NCBI GenBank assembly: GCA_037310415.1 | Contig: CP147780.1 | Location: 864,001 to 928,000, forward strand | DNA from: Candidatus Atabeyarchaeum deiterrae | Lineage (GTDB): Archaea > Asgardarchaeota > Atabeyarchaeia > Atabeyarchaeales > Atabeyarchaeaceae | Direction of reading: 5' to 3' | DNA: 64,000 nt | In this document: positions 41,049-50,293 of the stretch, in pieces | How the letters are laid out: every line of letters starts with the position of its first letter | Position numbering within the stretch: the stretch's first letter is position 1 | Position numbers and translations under genes: made by a program | The notes under the pieces: model-generated | Told to the model about the DNA's origin: nothing | Seen by the model: only the letters and a program-made list of their open reading frames with translations | The model's database searches: none

Positions 41049-42608
41049 ATGGTTCCCGACCCATATGTAATGCTACCGATAATAATCTCAGCCGTCTCAG
41101 CGATAGTAACATTCACCTTGGGATCACTAGGTGAGCGATACAAGGTCAGAGGAATACCCGAAGTCATAAGTTTCATTGGGCTAGGTGCGACGTTCTGCTC
41201 CGTCATTTTCCTCATTTCCAGGTCTTGGTTCCAAGTGATCACCTTCTCTTACCTTGGTTTCGGACCTCCTTCTGGCGCTCTCATCGAGGCTGATGCCCTC
41301 AGTCTCTTCATGGCAATAATCTTCTCCGGGCTAGGTCTGATAGTCTCAATATACTCGATCGGCTACATGAAACATGACACGGGATTGCCAAAATATTATT
41401 CATTGTTGCAGCTTCTTGTCATGGGAATGATTGGGGTAGTCTTCGCAGGCGACCTCTTCACGCTATTTGTCTTCTTCGAAATGATGGCGATCGCCACCTA
41501 TGTCCTCGTCTCCTTCAGAAAATCGCAATGGGAACCGGTCGAAGCCGGAATGAAGTATCTATTCATGGGTGCCGTAGGCAGTACCACAGTCCTTTATGCA
41601 ATATCATTCCTATACGGAATCACTGGAACCCTCAACATTGCAGACATCGGCAAAGCGATGCAAGGAATGGATCTTGCAACTAAGCTGTCGACGACCCCAT
41701 TGATTGTTTTCTTGATTGTTCTACTCGTTGTAGGCTTTGGTGTGAAAGCAGCCATTGTTCCGTCTCACACATGGCTGATAGATGCACACCCAGCTGCTCC
41801 GAGTGGAATATCGGCGATGTTGTCTGGAGTGGTCATCAAGGTAGCAGCCATTGCACTTTTCAGAGTGTTGTTCGTGGTGTTCTACCCAATTGCAGTAGGT
41901 CCAGAAGTTGCGATCCTAGATTGGCGCCCGCTTATCGGGTTCATAGCAATAATCACAATGATTGTTGCCTCAATCTCGGCGCTAGTGCAGAGTGACTTAA
42001 AACGGCTGCTCGCATATTCCAGCATCTTGAACATGGGATATATTTTCATAGGTTTTGCTGTAGTGTCCTCTACTGACAGTTATTTGGGTGTAACGGCAAG
42101 TCTATTCCAGATCCTTAATCACGCTATTGCTAAAGGGCTCCTCTTCTTATGCGCAGGAGCATTCCTTCACGCAGCGAAAACGAGAGACTTAACGGAGCTG
42201 AGTGGCATTGGCAAGAAGATGCCTCTGACTGCACTGGCTTTTGGCATTGGAGCTTTCGCAATAGCTGGGGTTCCTCCGCTCAACGGTTTCTACAGCAAGA
42301 TACTCCTGCTTTGGTCAGCCGCACAGTTTGGAGGATTTCTGGGATACTCCCTGTTGGCATTCGGATTGTTCAGCAGCGCTATCGCGGTCTACTTCTATCT
42401 TAGAATCGTCCAGGTGATCGCTTTCGGAGACCCGTCAAGAAAAGTGGCGAATGTGAAGGAGACTCCAAGATCAATGCTAATAGCCATATGGACGCTCGCA
42501 GCATTATGCATAATAATAGGCGTATTTCCAAAGCCGTTCTTCGACTTCGTCCAACAAGCAGCCACGGCACTTACCGGGATATGGAGTTATATTGGCGCGG
42601 TCCCTTAG
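41049..42608 (+). CDS. NuoN/MrpD-like antiporter subunit
   Basis: FFE, EAGMKY, VKAAIVPSHTWLIDAH, KRLLAYSS, PPLNGFYSK. Confidence 0.9.
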   Translation: MVPDPYVMLPIIISAVSAIVTFTLGSLGERYKVRGIPEVISFIGLGATFCSVIFLISRSWFQVITFSYLGFGPPSGALIEADALSLFMAIIFSGLGLIVSIYSIGYMKHDTGLPKYYSLLQLLVMGMIGVVFAGDLFTLFVFFEMMAIATYVLVSFRKSQWEPVEAGMKYLFMGAVGSTTVLYAISFLYGITGTLNIADIGKAMQGMDLATKLSTTPLIVFLIVLLVVGFGVKAAIVPSHTWLIDAHPAAPSGISAMLSGVVIKVAAIALFRVLFVVFYPIAVGPEVAILDWRPLIGFIAIITMIVASISALVQSDLKRLLAYSSILNMGYIFIGFAVVSSTDSYLGVTASLFQILNHAIAKGLLFLCAGAFLHAAKTRDLTELSGIGKKMPLTALAFGIGAFAIAGVPPLNGFYSKILLLWSAAQFGGFLGYSLLAFGLFSSAIAVYFYLRIVQVIAFGDPSRKVANVKETPRSMLIAIWTLAALCIIIGVFPKPFFDFVQQAATALTGIWSYIGAVP

Positions 42609-42766
42609 GGACCACCACATCCCTCTTTTGTGCGTCAAGACCATTTTGAGCCGATCCAGGAAGGTTAATTGCCGATCTTGGGCAGGTTGTAATCTGCTAA
42701 GCAGTCAGAAGGCAGTTTCTGCGAACAAAAAGTTGGATCATTATCTGCATATGAAGTACTGGGACT

Positions 42767-43084
42767 GTGGCGTTAATTACCTTGAGCAAGAAACCGCGTC
42801 GTTCACGACGGCAAGTCCAAATACCAAGTATCTACAGATATTTCGTTCTCGGTCTTCTCCTTCCAGCGATGGTGATTGTCTGCATGATTCTTGGCTACAA
42901 GTATGGTCTAGCGTTCAGCGGGTTCTACGCCGCAGTGTATGCCGCACTGGGAAGCGTGGTGGGCCTAGTTATAGCGACCGCGATAATTGTCGAGACGGTT
43001 CTCTATTGGGACAAGCACATGTTGGCTACCATTAAGCAACGCCAAGTAAGAAAGTCAGTAGCAAGGAAATACAAGCGCGAATAA
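42767..43084 (+). CDS. Small 2-TM membrane protein
   Basis: Two hydrophobic helices flanked by basic termini. Confidence 0.55.
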   Translation: MALITLSKKPRRSRRQVQIPSIYRYFVLGLLLPAMVIVCMILGYKYGLAFSGFYAAVYAALGSVVGLVIATAIIVETVLYWDKHMLATIKQRQVRKSVARKYKRE

Positions 43085-43086
43085 TA

Positions 43087-43106
43087 TGGTGGGGCTCGGG
43101 GCTTGA
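43087..43106 (-). other. Degenerate tRNA-3'-end-like sequence (possible att scar)
   Basis: Minus strand reads TCAAGCCCCGAGCCCCACCA, ending in CCA, at the left edge of the AT-rich islet. Confidence 0.35.
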
Positions 43107-43242
43107 TAAGAGCGATTGTCACTCTTCACGAAATCAACTTGATAATTAGACAATTTATAAATAAGTAGAGACGAGAAAAGGGAAATTTATATATTCTGGA
43201 GCGGCTTCTGAGCGCGCGCTCTTGTTAATTTCCTTTGTTTTT

Positions 43243-43450
43243 TCATTTTGCAAACTCCAGCGCTTGTTTTATGAAGTATCGGAGTGCGTCTTTGTTTACA
43301 TCTTTTAGATCTTTGATTTTCACGTGTTTTGATACTTTTCCTACTCCCTGAAGCAAGCCATATTTGTCCTCAAACTCCGCACCCCGCGAAAAAGCAAAGA
43401 TAATGTCTTTCTTGGTTGGGCTTATGACAGCGAGTATCCGGTAGGTAAAA
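43243..43450 (-). pseudogene. 5'-truncated DUF1801/YdhG-like fragment (5' boundary approximate)
   Basis: ISPTKKDIIFAFSRGAEFEDKYGLLQGVGKVSKHVKI..LRYFIKQAL resembles the DUF1801 C-terminal half; N-terminus absent. Confidence 0.6.
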
Positions 43451-43607
43451 TGAATCAAAACCTTTGTAGTAATCCTATGGCTCTGCGCTGACAGGAACAC
43501 AACAGCGCACTATTCTTTGATCCATTTTTGTACCCACCTGCCCAGCTTCCATACACAGATAGTTGTTATAGGAGAGTAAATGTTATGTTAAGAAGGTGAT
43601 TGATATT

Positions 43608-43691
43608 ATGGTTAGAAAATGCAAACCTAGGAAAGGTGAAAGCAAAGCAAATCTTAAGTTGAGAAATCTTAGGAGAAAACAGCGCGCATAA
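43608..43691 (+). CDS. Basic 27-aa micro-protein
   Basis: AAGGTGAT SD-like site, then MVRKCKPRKGESKANLKLRNLRRKQRA. Confidence 0.4.
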   Translation: MVRKCKPRKGESKANLKLRNLRRKQRA

Positions 43692-43906
43692 CGCGTGAAT
43701 GATTCTCGTTTTCTGTTACTGGAACGCTTTTATGCTGTGGGCGAGTTCTGGTCTATTCATCTTGTGGGCTGTTATGGCTGCGGCTAGGATGACGCGCGCG
43801 TGTACTCACTATCAAGCAAAAATACGAGCCATAGCTAGTTAGCTTCTATCTTTGTGTATGGAAATTTATGCAGATAATGTTTCTGCAACTTTAAGAGGGG
43901 ATAGGT

Positions 43907-44044
43907 ATGATTGAAAAGAAAGAGGATAGTAAGAAAAAGGAAAGAAGAAAGCATGATCAGCGTAGGTGGCGAGACTCAGCAGATTATCGTAGGGGAAAGC
44001 AACATACTGATTATCGTAAAGGAAAGAGATCATCTTGTAGGTGA
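43907..44044 (+). CDS. Basic 45-aa micro-protein with internal repeat
   Basis: GAGGGG SD-like site; MIEKKEDSKKKERRKHDQRRWRDSADYRRGKQHTDYRKGKRSSCR. Confidence 0.4.
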   Translation: MIEKKEDSKKKERRKHDQRRWRDSADYRRGKQHTDYRKGKRSSCR

Positions 44045-44050
44045 ATTGAT

Positions 44051-44197
44051 ATGACTAAGAAGAAGGGGAAAAAAACTTATAAGAACGGTAACAAGACGTG
44101 TTGGGAGGTATGTCGTGATCCCGATAAGCCGAAGGCTGGGGAATGTACTACCGTAGGGGGAGAGGTAGTATGTATTCCTGAGATGGAAACTAGATAG
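44051..44197 (+). CDS. 48-aa Cys-containing micro-protein
   Basis: AGGTGA SD overlapping the previous stop; MTKKKGKKTYKNGNKTCWEVCRDPDKPKAGECTTVGGEVVCIPEMETR. Confidence 0.45.
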   Translation: MTKKKGKKTYKNGNKTCWEVCRDPDKPKAGECTTVGGEVVCIPEMETR

Positions 44198-44370
44198 TAT
44201 ATAGTGGTATCATTAAGAGGGGGATAGAGGGCTATCTGAGAGGGTTATCTTAATGGGCTTAAGGCTATAGGCTTAATAAAACTACTAAGTTGGTTGAAGG
44301 CTATATCAAGGGGGGAGGGTATTAATGGGACGGGGATAAGCGATGGCGCGCGCTTAGAGGTGTGCATAAT

Positions 44371-44568
44371 ATGCAACCTAAGATAAAATACAAATGTCTT
44401 AACTGTTCGAGGGTGTGGGGAGATTTGGATAAGTATGATGTAGAGGTTGATCGATATTACTGTTCTAAGTGTTCGGATTACACGGATGAAATGAGTGACG
44501 GTCATGTGAGTAGAGTAGGGGATAGCCCCAAAATTCCTAGTGCGCGCTCAAATAATAATGACCATTGA
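44371..44568 (+). CDS. Small Zn-ribbon protein
   Basis: GAGGTG SD; YKCLNC...YYCSKC two CxxC pairs. Confidence 0.55.
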   Translation: MQPKIKYKCLNCSRVWGDLDKYDVEVDRYYCSKCSDYTDEMSDGHVSRVGDSPKIPSARSNNNDH

Positions 44569-44922
44569 CTTACTAAGGCATCTGTCCAATTCTTCTTTCG
44601 AGGTACCAAGATCAGCCACAAGCTTTCTGACGACGTCTTTAAACTTTTCATCTATCAAATGCCTTCTTAAACATTCATCATCTACTTTTACAGAACCACC
44701 GTAGTCGAGATAGCATGGATACATTACACATTGGAGAGGTCTGAAGGACTGATCATTTGCAAAACATCTTTTATTCACATAATAAGGGCAGTCACTTTAG
44801 AATCATACACCTTCTCTCTGGAACACAGCATCTTCAAAATAGATGATCTTCCACTCTTCACCTGTAAAGAAAGAACCATGGAGTTCGTCTTCGCAATGGC
44901 TATCACAATTGAACTTTTCCAT
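44548..44922 (-). pseudogene. YkgJ-like cysteine-cluster protein pseudogene
   Basis: MEKFNCDSHC...EGV*F*SDCPYYVNKRC..RPLQCVMYP; two in-frame stops. Confidence 0.6.
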
Positions 44923-45280
44923 CTACAAACTCACCAAGATTATGCTGAATATCCCGAACACGATATTGACGTCGTTTACCATTTATGAATCCTCCCCAAC
45001 ACGCCAATGATCAAGTTCACGACATTTATGATCGACACCGAGGTTGACAGGTAACCGAATTTCAGTTGGAACATCCAAAACACCGTACCAATGAAATAGA
45101 TAGCACAACTTTTCTCTTGAACCTCTTTGCGATCTCATCTAATTCTCTCTTGGTGAATCTGCCTTCATATTGGATCCTCGCTTTGGCTGTGTCCTTAATA
45201 TTGTCTCCATTGATCATCCATATCTTCCATGTTTTGACTTTCCTATGTATCGACATTTCGACACTCTGAATAGAAAAAGG

Positions 45281-45298
45281 GAGTAGCATATGCTACTC
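45281..45298. repeat. Perfect 18-bp palindrome
   Basis: GAGTAGCATATGCTACTC, upstream of alba at the right edge of the islet. Confidence 0.8.
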
Positions 45299-45453
45299 AG
45301 CTCACGACGAGGAGCTAGATACTAAGCTATTACAGCAATATCCGTGAGAGTTAGGAATCGCCCGTGCATTTTAGTTACCGGAGAATTTCAATGGTGTTTA
45401 AAAGCGAGGGTCGCCTATTGTCCTTGCTAAAACCGACAACGAGGAAGTTAGAT

Positions 45454-45741
45454 TTGTCCAGAGAATCAAATATCATATACGTGGGTACAAACCCCCCGAT
45501 GGATTACGTCTTGTGGATTATTAGAGGTTTCAGCGGGCCAAACGTCAAAGAAGTCACTGTGAAGGCGAGAGGACACGCGATATCTACTGCAGTCGACGCT
45601 GTCGAGATAACCAGAAACAGATTGATGGAAGGCTTGGAGATAAGCAATATCACTATAGGTACCGAAGAAATGCCGCCCAGAGAAGGCGAAGGCAGAGCCA
45701 GGATGGTTTCAACGATCCAAATCATTCTGACACGAAAGTAG
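45454..45741 (+). CDS. albA: Alba chromatin/RNA-binding protein (divergent)
   Basis: IIYVG..P.MDYV, VKARGHAISTAVD, IGTEE, VSTIQI. Confidence 0.9.
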   Translation: MSRESNIIYVGTNPPMDYVLWIIRGFSGPNVKEVTVKARGHAISTAVDAVEITRNRLMEGLEISNITIGTEEMPPREGEGRARMVSTIQIILTRK

Positions 45742-46443
45742 ACTGAATAGTACATACTTGGTAAGATACTTCTTCAATTCCTTCTCGTTAAACCTCTTGT
45801 CGAATCGATTCGGCTTGACAAACTTGTGGCCTGCACTGTCTCAAGGAAATTCCAAAAAACCATACATAAGAAGCAAACACTCATCCTATGACCGAGCCAA
45901 GTAATAGCTCACTCAGAGAACACCTGAGTATTATCAAGTACCAGATTCAGTATGCCAAAATGAAACTCAATCACTGCAATTGCCTCGCCGATTACAACAG
46001 CTATCAGTCGCAAATAGAGCCTCTTCAAGAAGAGCTCAAGCTACTAAAATAGGTGTCTTGACTGCCTTCTCCCTATTTAGATAGAACTAGAATAGCAGGA
46101 GACTCTTAGATTAGTACCATCCGTTCTCTTTCTTTGCCATCCGCTGTGTCACGTATATCCATGTACCTGTTGATCTCCTTCCAGCGGGCGTGTGGTGCGG
46201 ACTCACACTAACGCGTTTAGGACCAGTTTGAAGTGTGATCGAAACTTCTTTCCAACCCCATACCCTTAAATATCTGAAAAAGCTTTGAGGGACAGGTTGC
46301 TGAAGGCACGTTCTCTTTCTAGAAAGGCTCGGAAACCTTGCGGAAATGTGATGCAGGATGTTCTTTGATGCCTTTTTCAGGAGAAGAGTGTACTCTACAG
46401 CTTGCATAAAGAAAAACGAACTGAGTAAGGTGTGAAGAAAAAG

Positions 46444-46755
46444 ATGTCTTACAGAAGAGGTTCAGGCGGCGGCTTCCGCGGTGGTTACGGCGGTGGCGAA
46501 GGCAGGTCTTTCGCACCCAAACCCGTCGAAGTGGGCAAAGTATACGACCTTGAAGTAACCGACACCAGTAAACGTGGTGAAGGTGTAGCGAAATACGAGG
46601 GACTCGTGGTTTTCATCCCAGGCGCGAAACCTGGACAGAAACTTAAGGTTAAGATAACCCGAGTTGGCCAACGCTTTGCCATCGGCGAACCGGCTGGAGC
46701 TGGCGGAGAAGAAGAAGCCGAGGAAACCGGCGTTAAGACAGCAGAAGATGAGTAA
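46444..46755 (+). CDS. Single-TRAM-domain RNA-binding protein with RGG-rich N-terminus
   Basis: PVEVGKVYDLEV..RGEGVAKYEGLVVFIPG..GQKLKVKITRV..FAIGE. Confidence 0.9.
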   Translation: MSYRRGSGGGFRGGYGGGEGRSFAPKPVEVGKVYDLEVTDTSKRGEGVAKYEGLVVFIPGAKPGQKLKVKITRVGQRFAIGEPAGAGGEEEAEETGVKTAEDE

Positions 46756-47446
46756 GCTCTCTAGAACCAAGGCTTGCGAGAGCAACTCTCAGTAGGTTGT
46801 GAAGGTAAGGCGATACGGCGAATTCTCTTTTTTGACCGGCAACCTTACTATTTTTTTTGAGACCCTGCTGGCTAAGATGACCCCATAGGTAAATATGACT
46901 TTGATTGAAGTTTAGTGGTTTGAGATTCGATAACGTGTCTATGTGAAGTCCTATTATCTTACTCTTTCCTCTACGCATGGACTCCTCTACTCTCTTTTTC
47001 ATTCCTCGCTGATGTTGTGAAGGGCACGCGCCTATTCGCCCACCCAAGGAGCACTATGGCTTCGCATCTAGACCATCCTCGATCGCGCTAAGCGCGCGAT
47101 TAGCGCGCTTATAAAGTGTTCAAGGGTCCGCGATTTCTTGCTACAGTCAAAAAATCAATAGCATCAAGAGCGCTAAGAATAACTCTATCTGCAAGTAAAG
47201 AAATTGTGATAGCGCACACCAATTAGCTGACGCGAGATACTCTCTTCGATCTTTCCGAGCCGGTTATTACGCGAGTAATAAAAGAGTGGAGACCCCCATA
47301 CTAAGAAGCAGACTGGGTGCGTGTTTCAAAGCAAGTTTCTTCGATGTCGATAATATCGCGTTTCCCAGAGCTTATAAATAGGTAACAATCACTATCTCAA
47401 TACGTCACCGCCAGATCCGTAGAGGCCGCAGGAGGCCACAAGGAGA

Positions 47447-48514
47447 TTGTACATCAGAAACCCACGAAGATACGCCTACCTGAATGCGAAAATCAGGGCA
47501 TTGATCTCCAAGATGCTGAGCGCAGGAGACTACGAAAAAATCTTGCAGGCGGACTCGTTTGAGGAAAGCATGAGATCACTAGGTGCGACACCTACTGGTG
47601 GCGAACTTGTTGAGGTGCTGACGAAGACACCAGTGGACCTATTCGAGATTGACCAAGCTTTGACCAAGGCTCTTGTTTCAACCTTCAACATGATCTGCCG
47701 GTATACTCCGACCCAAGCTAGGCGTTTCTTGGAGACCTACATTAAGAAGATTGACATAGATGGGTTGAAGACAGTCATTCGAGCAGTTCAAAACAGAATA
47801 CCGAAAGCCGAAGCTATGAAATCGATTATAACTACCTCGACAAAGACAAGCGATGAATTCGGAAAGCTGCTGGATTCACAGTCAATCGTACAGCTTATCG
47901 AAGAAGTTCAGGATCGATCTCTAAAAGCAGCACTCACCAAAGCGCTTCCCGCATATGAATCCACTCATTCAACAGTTCCTCTGGAATCAGCACTTGACAA
48001 AGTCCTCTACAAATCGCTCTGGCTACTGATCAAGAAGAAACTTGGGCAAATAGACAGAACTCACGCTCAGAACCTGATTGGCGCAAGGGTTGATCTGAGC
48101 AACATGGTAGTCGCCCTTCGTTGGAAGCAGCTGAGCTTGCCGCCCACTGTGCTGGAGTTTCTCATAATACCAATGAAGCACAAGCTTCGTCTTAATCTAG
48201 ACGAAATGGCGAAAGCACGCACCGTCGGTGAGCTTCTCAACACATTTGCCTCAACTGGATACAAAGAAGTAGTTCAACAGGCGCGCGAGCTATATGAGAA
48301 AGAACCTGATTTGACTCAGGTTGAGAGCTTGGCTGACCGTTATATTGCCCATCGGAGTTTCAAAGAGTTTACAGGTTACTCTTTTCACATCGGAATTGCA
48401 TTGGCATACCTAAACCTTAAATTCTATGAGCTACGTAACATCAAAGCGGTGATAATCGGTAAGTATGAGAAAATCCCGATTCAAAAGATACGAAATATCT
48501 TAACGTTCTTCTAG
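47447..48514 (+). CDS. atpC: A/V-type ATP synthase subunit C (d-like)
   Basis: YAYLNAKIRA, LESALDK, AYLNLKFYELRNIKA. Confidence 0.87.
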   Translation: MYIRNPRRYAYLNAKIRALISKMLSAGDYEKILQADSFEESMRSLGATPTGGELVEVLTKTPVDLFEIDQALTKALVSTFNMICRYTPTQARRFLETYIKKIDIDGLKTVIRAVQNRIPKAEAMKSIITTSTKTSDEFGKLLDSQSIVQLIEEVQDRSLKAALTKALPAYESTHSTVPLESALDKVLYKSLWLLIKKKLGQIDRTHAQNLIGARVDLSNMVVALRWKQLSLPPTVLEFLIIPMKHKLRLNLDEMAKARTVGELLNTFASTGYKEVVQQARELYEKEPDLTQVESLADRYIAHRSFKEFTGYSFHIGIALAYLNLKFYELRNIKAVIIGKYEKIPIQKIRNILTFF

Positions 48515-48567
48515 GACAAGTATGCAAGCCTCTGATTGCGGCACAAGTAGGAGGTGTAGGAAAAACA

Positions 48568-48918
48568 ATGAAAAATAAGGGAAAGAACACTAAACCCTTC
48601 ATTACACGGAGAACTTTGATATTGCTGTCGGCGTCAGTCTTGTTGACCACAATATCGGCGACCTTCGTCTTAGTTAATGCCCAGACCCCTGGAGACACCA
48701 TGTATAAAGGTCTGATCGGTGTCGGAGTCGGATTAGCAATGGGTCTGGCTGGTCTCGGTGCTGGATTGGGCATGGGATCAGCTGGTGCAGCTGCGGTCGG
48801 TGCTATAAGTGAGCGTCCAGAAGTCTTCGGTAAAGCGATGATCTTCATTGTATTCATTGAAGCCATCGGTATCTACGGTCTTCTGATCGCATTCTTGCTC
48901 ATCGGACAGATGGCCTAG
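48568..48918 (+). CDS. atpK: A/V-type ATP synthase proteolipid subunit K/c
   Basis: GLAGLGAGLGMG, ERPEVFGK, FIEAIGIYG; signal-like N-terminus. Confidence 0.92.
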   Translation: MKNKGKNTKPFITRRTLILLSASVLLTTISATFVLVNAQTPGDTMYKGLIGVGVGLAMGLAGLGAGLGMGSAGAAAVGAISERPEVFGKAMIFIVFIEAIGIYGLLIAFLLIGQMA

Positions 48919-49040
48919 ATTGTAGGTCATTCCTTCCCCTTTTTGGTGGGTTCTATTTTTCGATTTCGACTTGAACGCTCTAAATAGAGAACATGGCAAG
49001 AATGTAAACCGTGTGAATGAAAGTGGCTATAAGAACAAGC

Positions 49041-49721
49041 CTACTCGAACAATACCTTAGCCACTCTAATCCTGATGTTTCGGATTATTCGTTCAATTCT
49101 GCCCTCGAAAGTATTATCAATCATGATACTTCCGTCGGCTTTTCTGACAATCGCCCCACCAATCGAACTGGAAGCACCTTGGGCGAGCTTTATCGCCGTG
49201 CTCTTTCCTGTTGACTTCTCCACACGCTTGGCAATACTGGCTAGGTCGACACTGACTTTGGTCCCCTTTCCTGCGACGACCACCTCTAATTCTCCACCGC
49301 CTAAACCCTCTGCACCTTCCTCTATCAATTTGCCAAGAACATCAATGTATTCCCTAGAAGATGTCAATCCGTGTAGCTTCTCTTTGGTTTTCAGGATAGC
49401 CTCATTGATTAGGTCCTCTCTTGCTGCAATAATAATCTGTTTTGCTTTTAGCCTAGCTTCGGCCGCTTTCTGCCTCTTTAGCGAGTCAGCTTCCTCTGTC
49501 CCACTACGAGTGATTTTGTCGGCTTCGATTTCCCCTTCTTTCCTCTTATCCTCCAAAATCTGTTTTCTCGCCTTCTCGGCCTCTTTGGTGATCTCTCGAG
49601 CTTTTTCTTCTGCTTCATCCATGATTCTTTTCTCGATTTTCTTCAGTCGCTCGGGTTCGCCTACGACTTCCATCTTATTGATCTTGCCTTCAATCGATTC
49701 AGCTGTCTCTGTCTTGCTCAT
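49041..49721 (-). CDS. atpE: A/V-type ATP synthase subunit E
   Basis: Charged coiled coil followed by IGGAIV..DGSIMIDNTFEGR. Confidence 0.9.
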   Translation of the reverse strand: MSKTETAESIEGKINKMEVVGEPERLKKIEKRIMDEAEEKAREITKEAEKARKQILEDKRKEGEIEADKITRSGTEEADSLKRQKAAEARLKAKQIIIAAREDLINEAILKTKEKLHGLTSSREYIDVLGKLIEEGAEGLGGGELEVVVAGKGTKVSVDLASIAKRVEKSTGKSTAIKLAQGASSSIGGAIVRKADGSIMIDNTFEGRIERIIRNIRIRVAKVLFE

Positions 49722-49740
49722 GATTCCTCACCAAACAAGT

Positions 49741-50085
49741 CTATTCGCCTATAACCATCTTAACTACAGCGTCGGCGGCACTTGGTAAGTGGGACGAGGT
49801 TTTACTCTTGAATTCATCGACTTCCTTTTTCGCTTTATTGATTATGTCCACGCTTTCTTTCTCGATCTCTTTCTCTTTCTTCTTTCTATAGTCAAACACC
49901 TTCTTGTGGGCATCGTCAATCGATTGCTTCTTCGTTACGTCCCCTTCTTCGACTGCTTTTTTCTTGCTAGACTCGGCCTTCTTTGTAGCGTTTCTGATGA
50001 TTTCATCGGCCCGGCTTTCAATTTCTCTTATTGCTTCCAAGGCGTTTGGCAACGTGATCACCCTTTCAGCCCTCGGCGTGTTCAA
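49741..50085 (-). CDS. A/V-type ATP synthase subunit H/G (peripheral stalk)
   Basis: LEAIREIE..ADEII..A coiled coil; adjacent to atpE. Confidence 0.8.
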   Translation of the reverse strand: MNTPRAERVITLPNALEAIREIESRADEIIRNATKKAESSKKKAVEEGDVTKKQSIDDAHKKVFDYRKKKEKEIEKESVDIINKAKKEVDEFKSKTSSHLPSAADAVVKMVIGE

Positions 50086-50293
50086 CGACTCAGAATATCT
50101 TATTTGATCTATTTATAAGTTTTTCAGCTGACATTGGCAAATGATAGGGCGAAAAGGCAGCATCTTTCGAACTTGCATGCAGAAAGCTTAAATCTTAATT
50201 ATTATCGACATGATAACGCTTCAATGACTGATTATGCATATTTCGGAACACCTAACGAGAGCCTTCTCGAACCCAACACGGAGCGAATCCAAT

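Noticed and set aside
44790-44810. TGA in the YkgJ-like frame as selenocysteine
   Set aside because: Followed by an in-frame TAA two codons later, not at a Cys position, and no SECIS seen.
49075-49788. 237-aa plus-strand ORF
   Set aside because: Antisense shadow of atpE; S/L/F-rich mirror of E/K codons.
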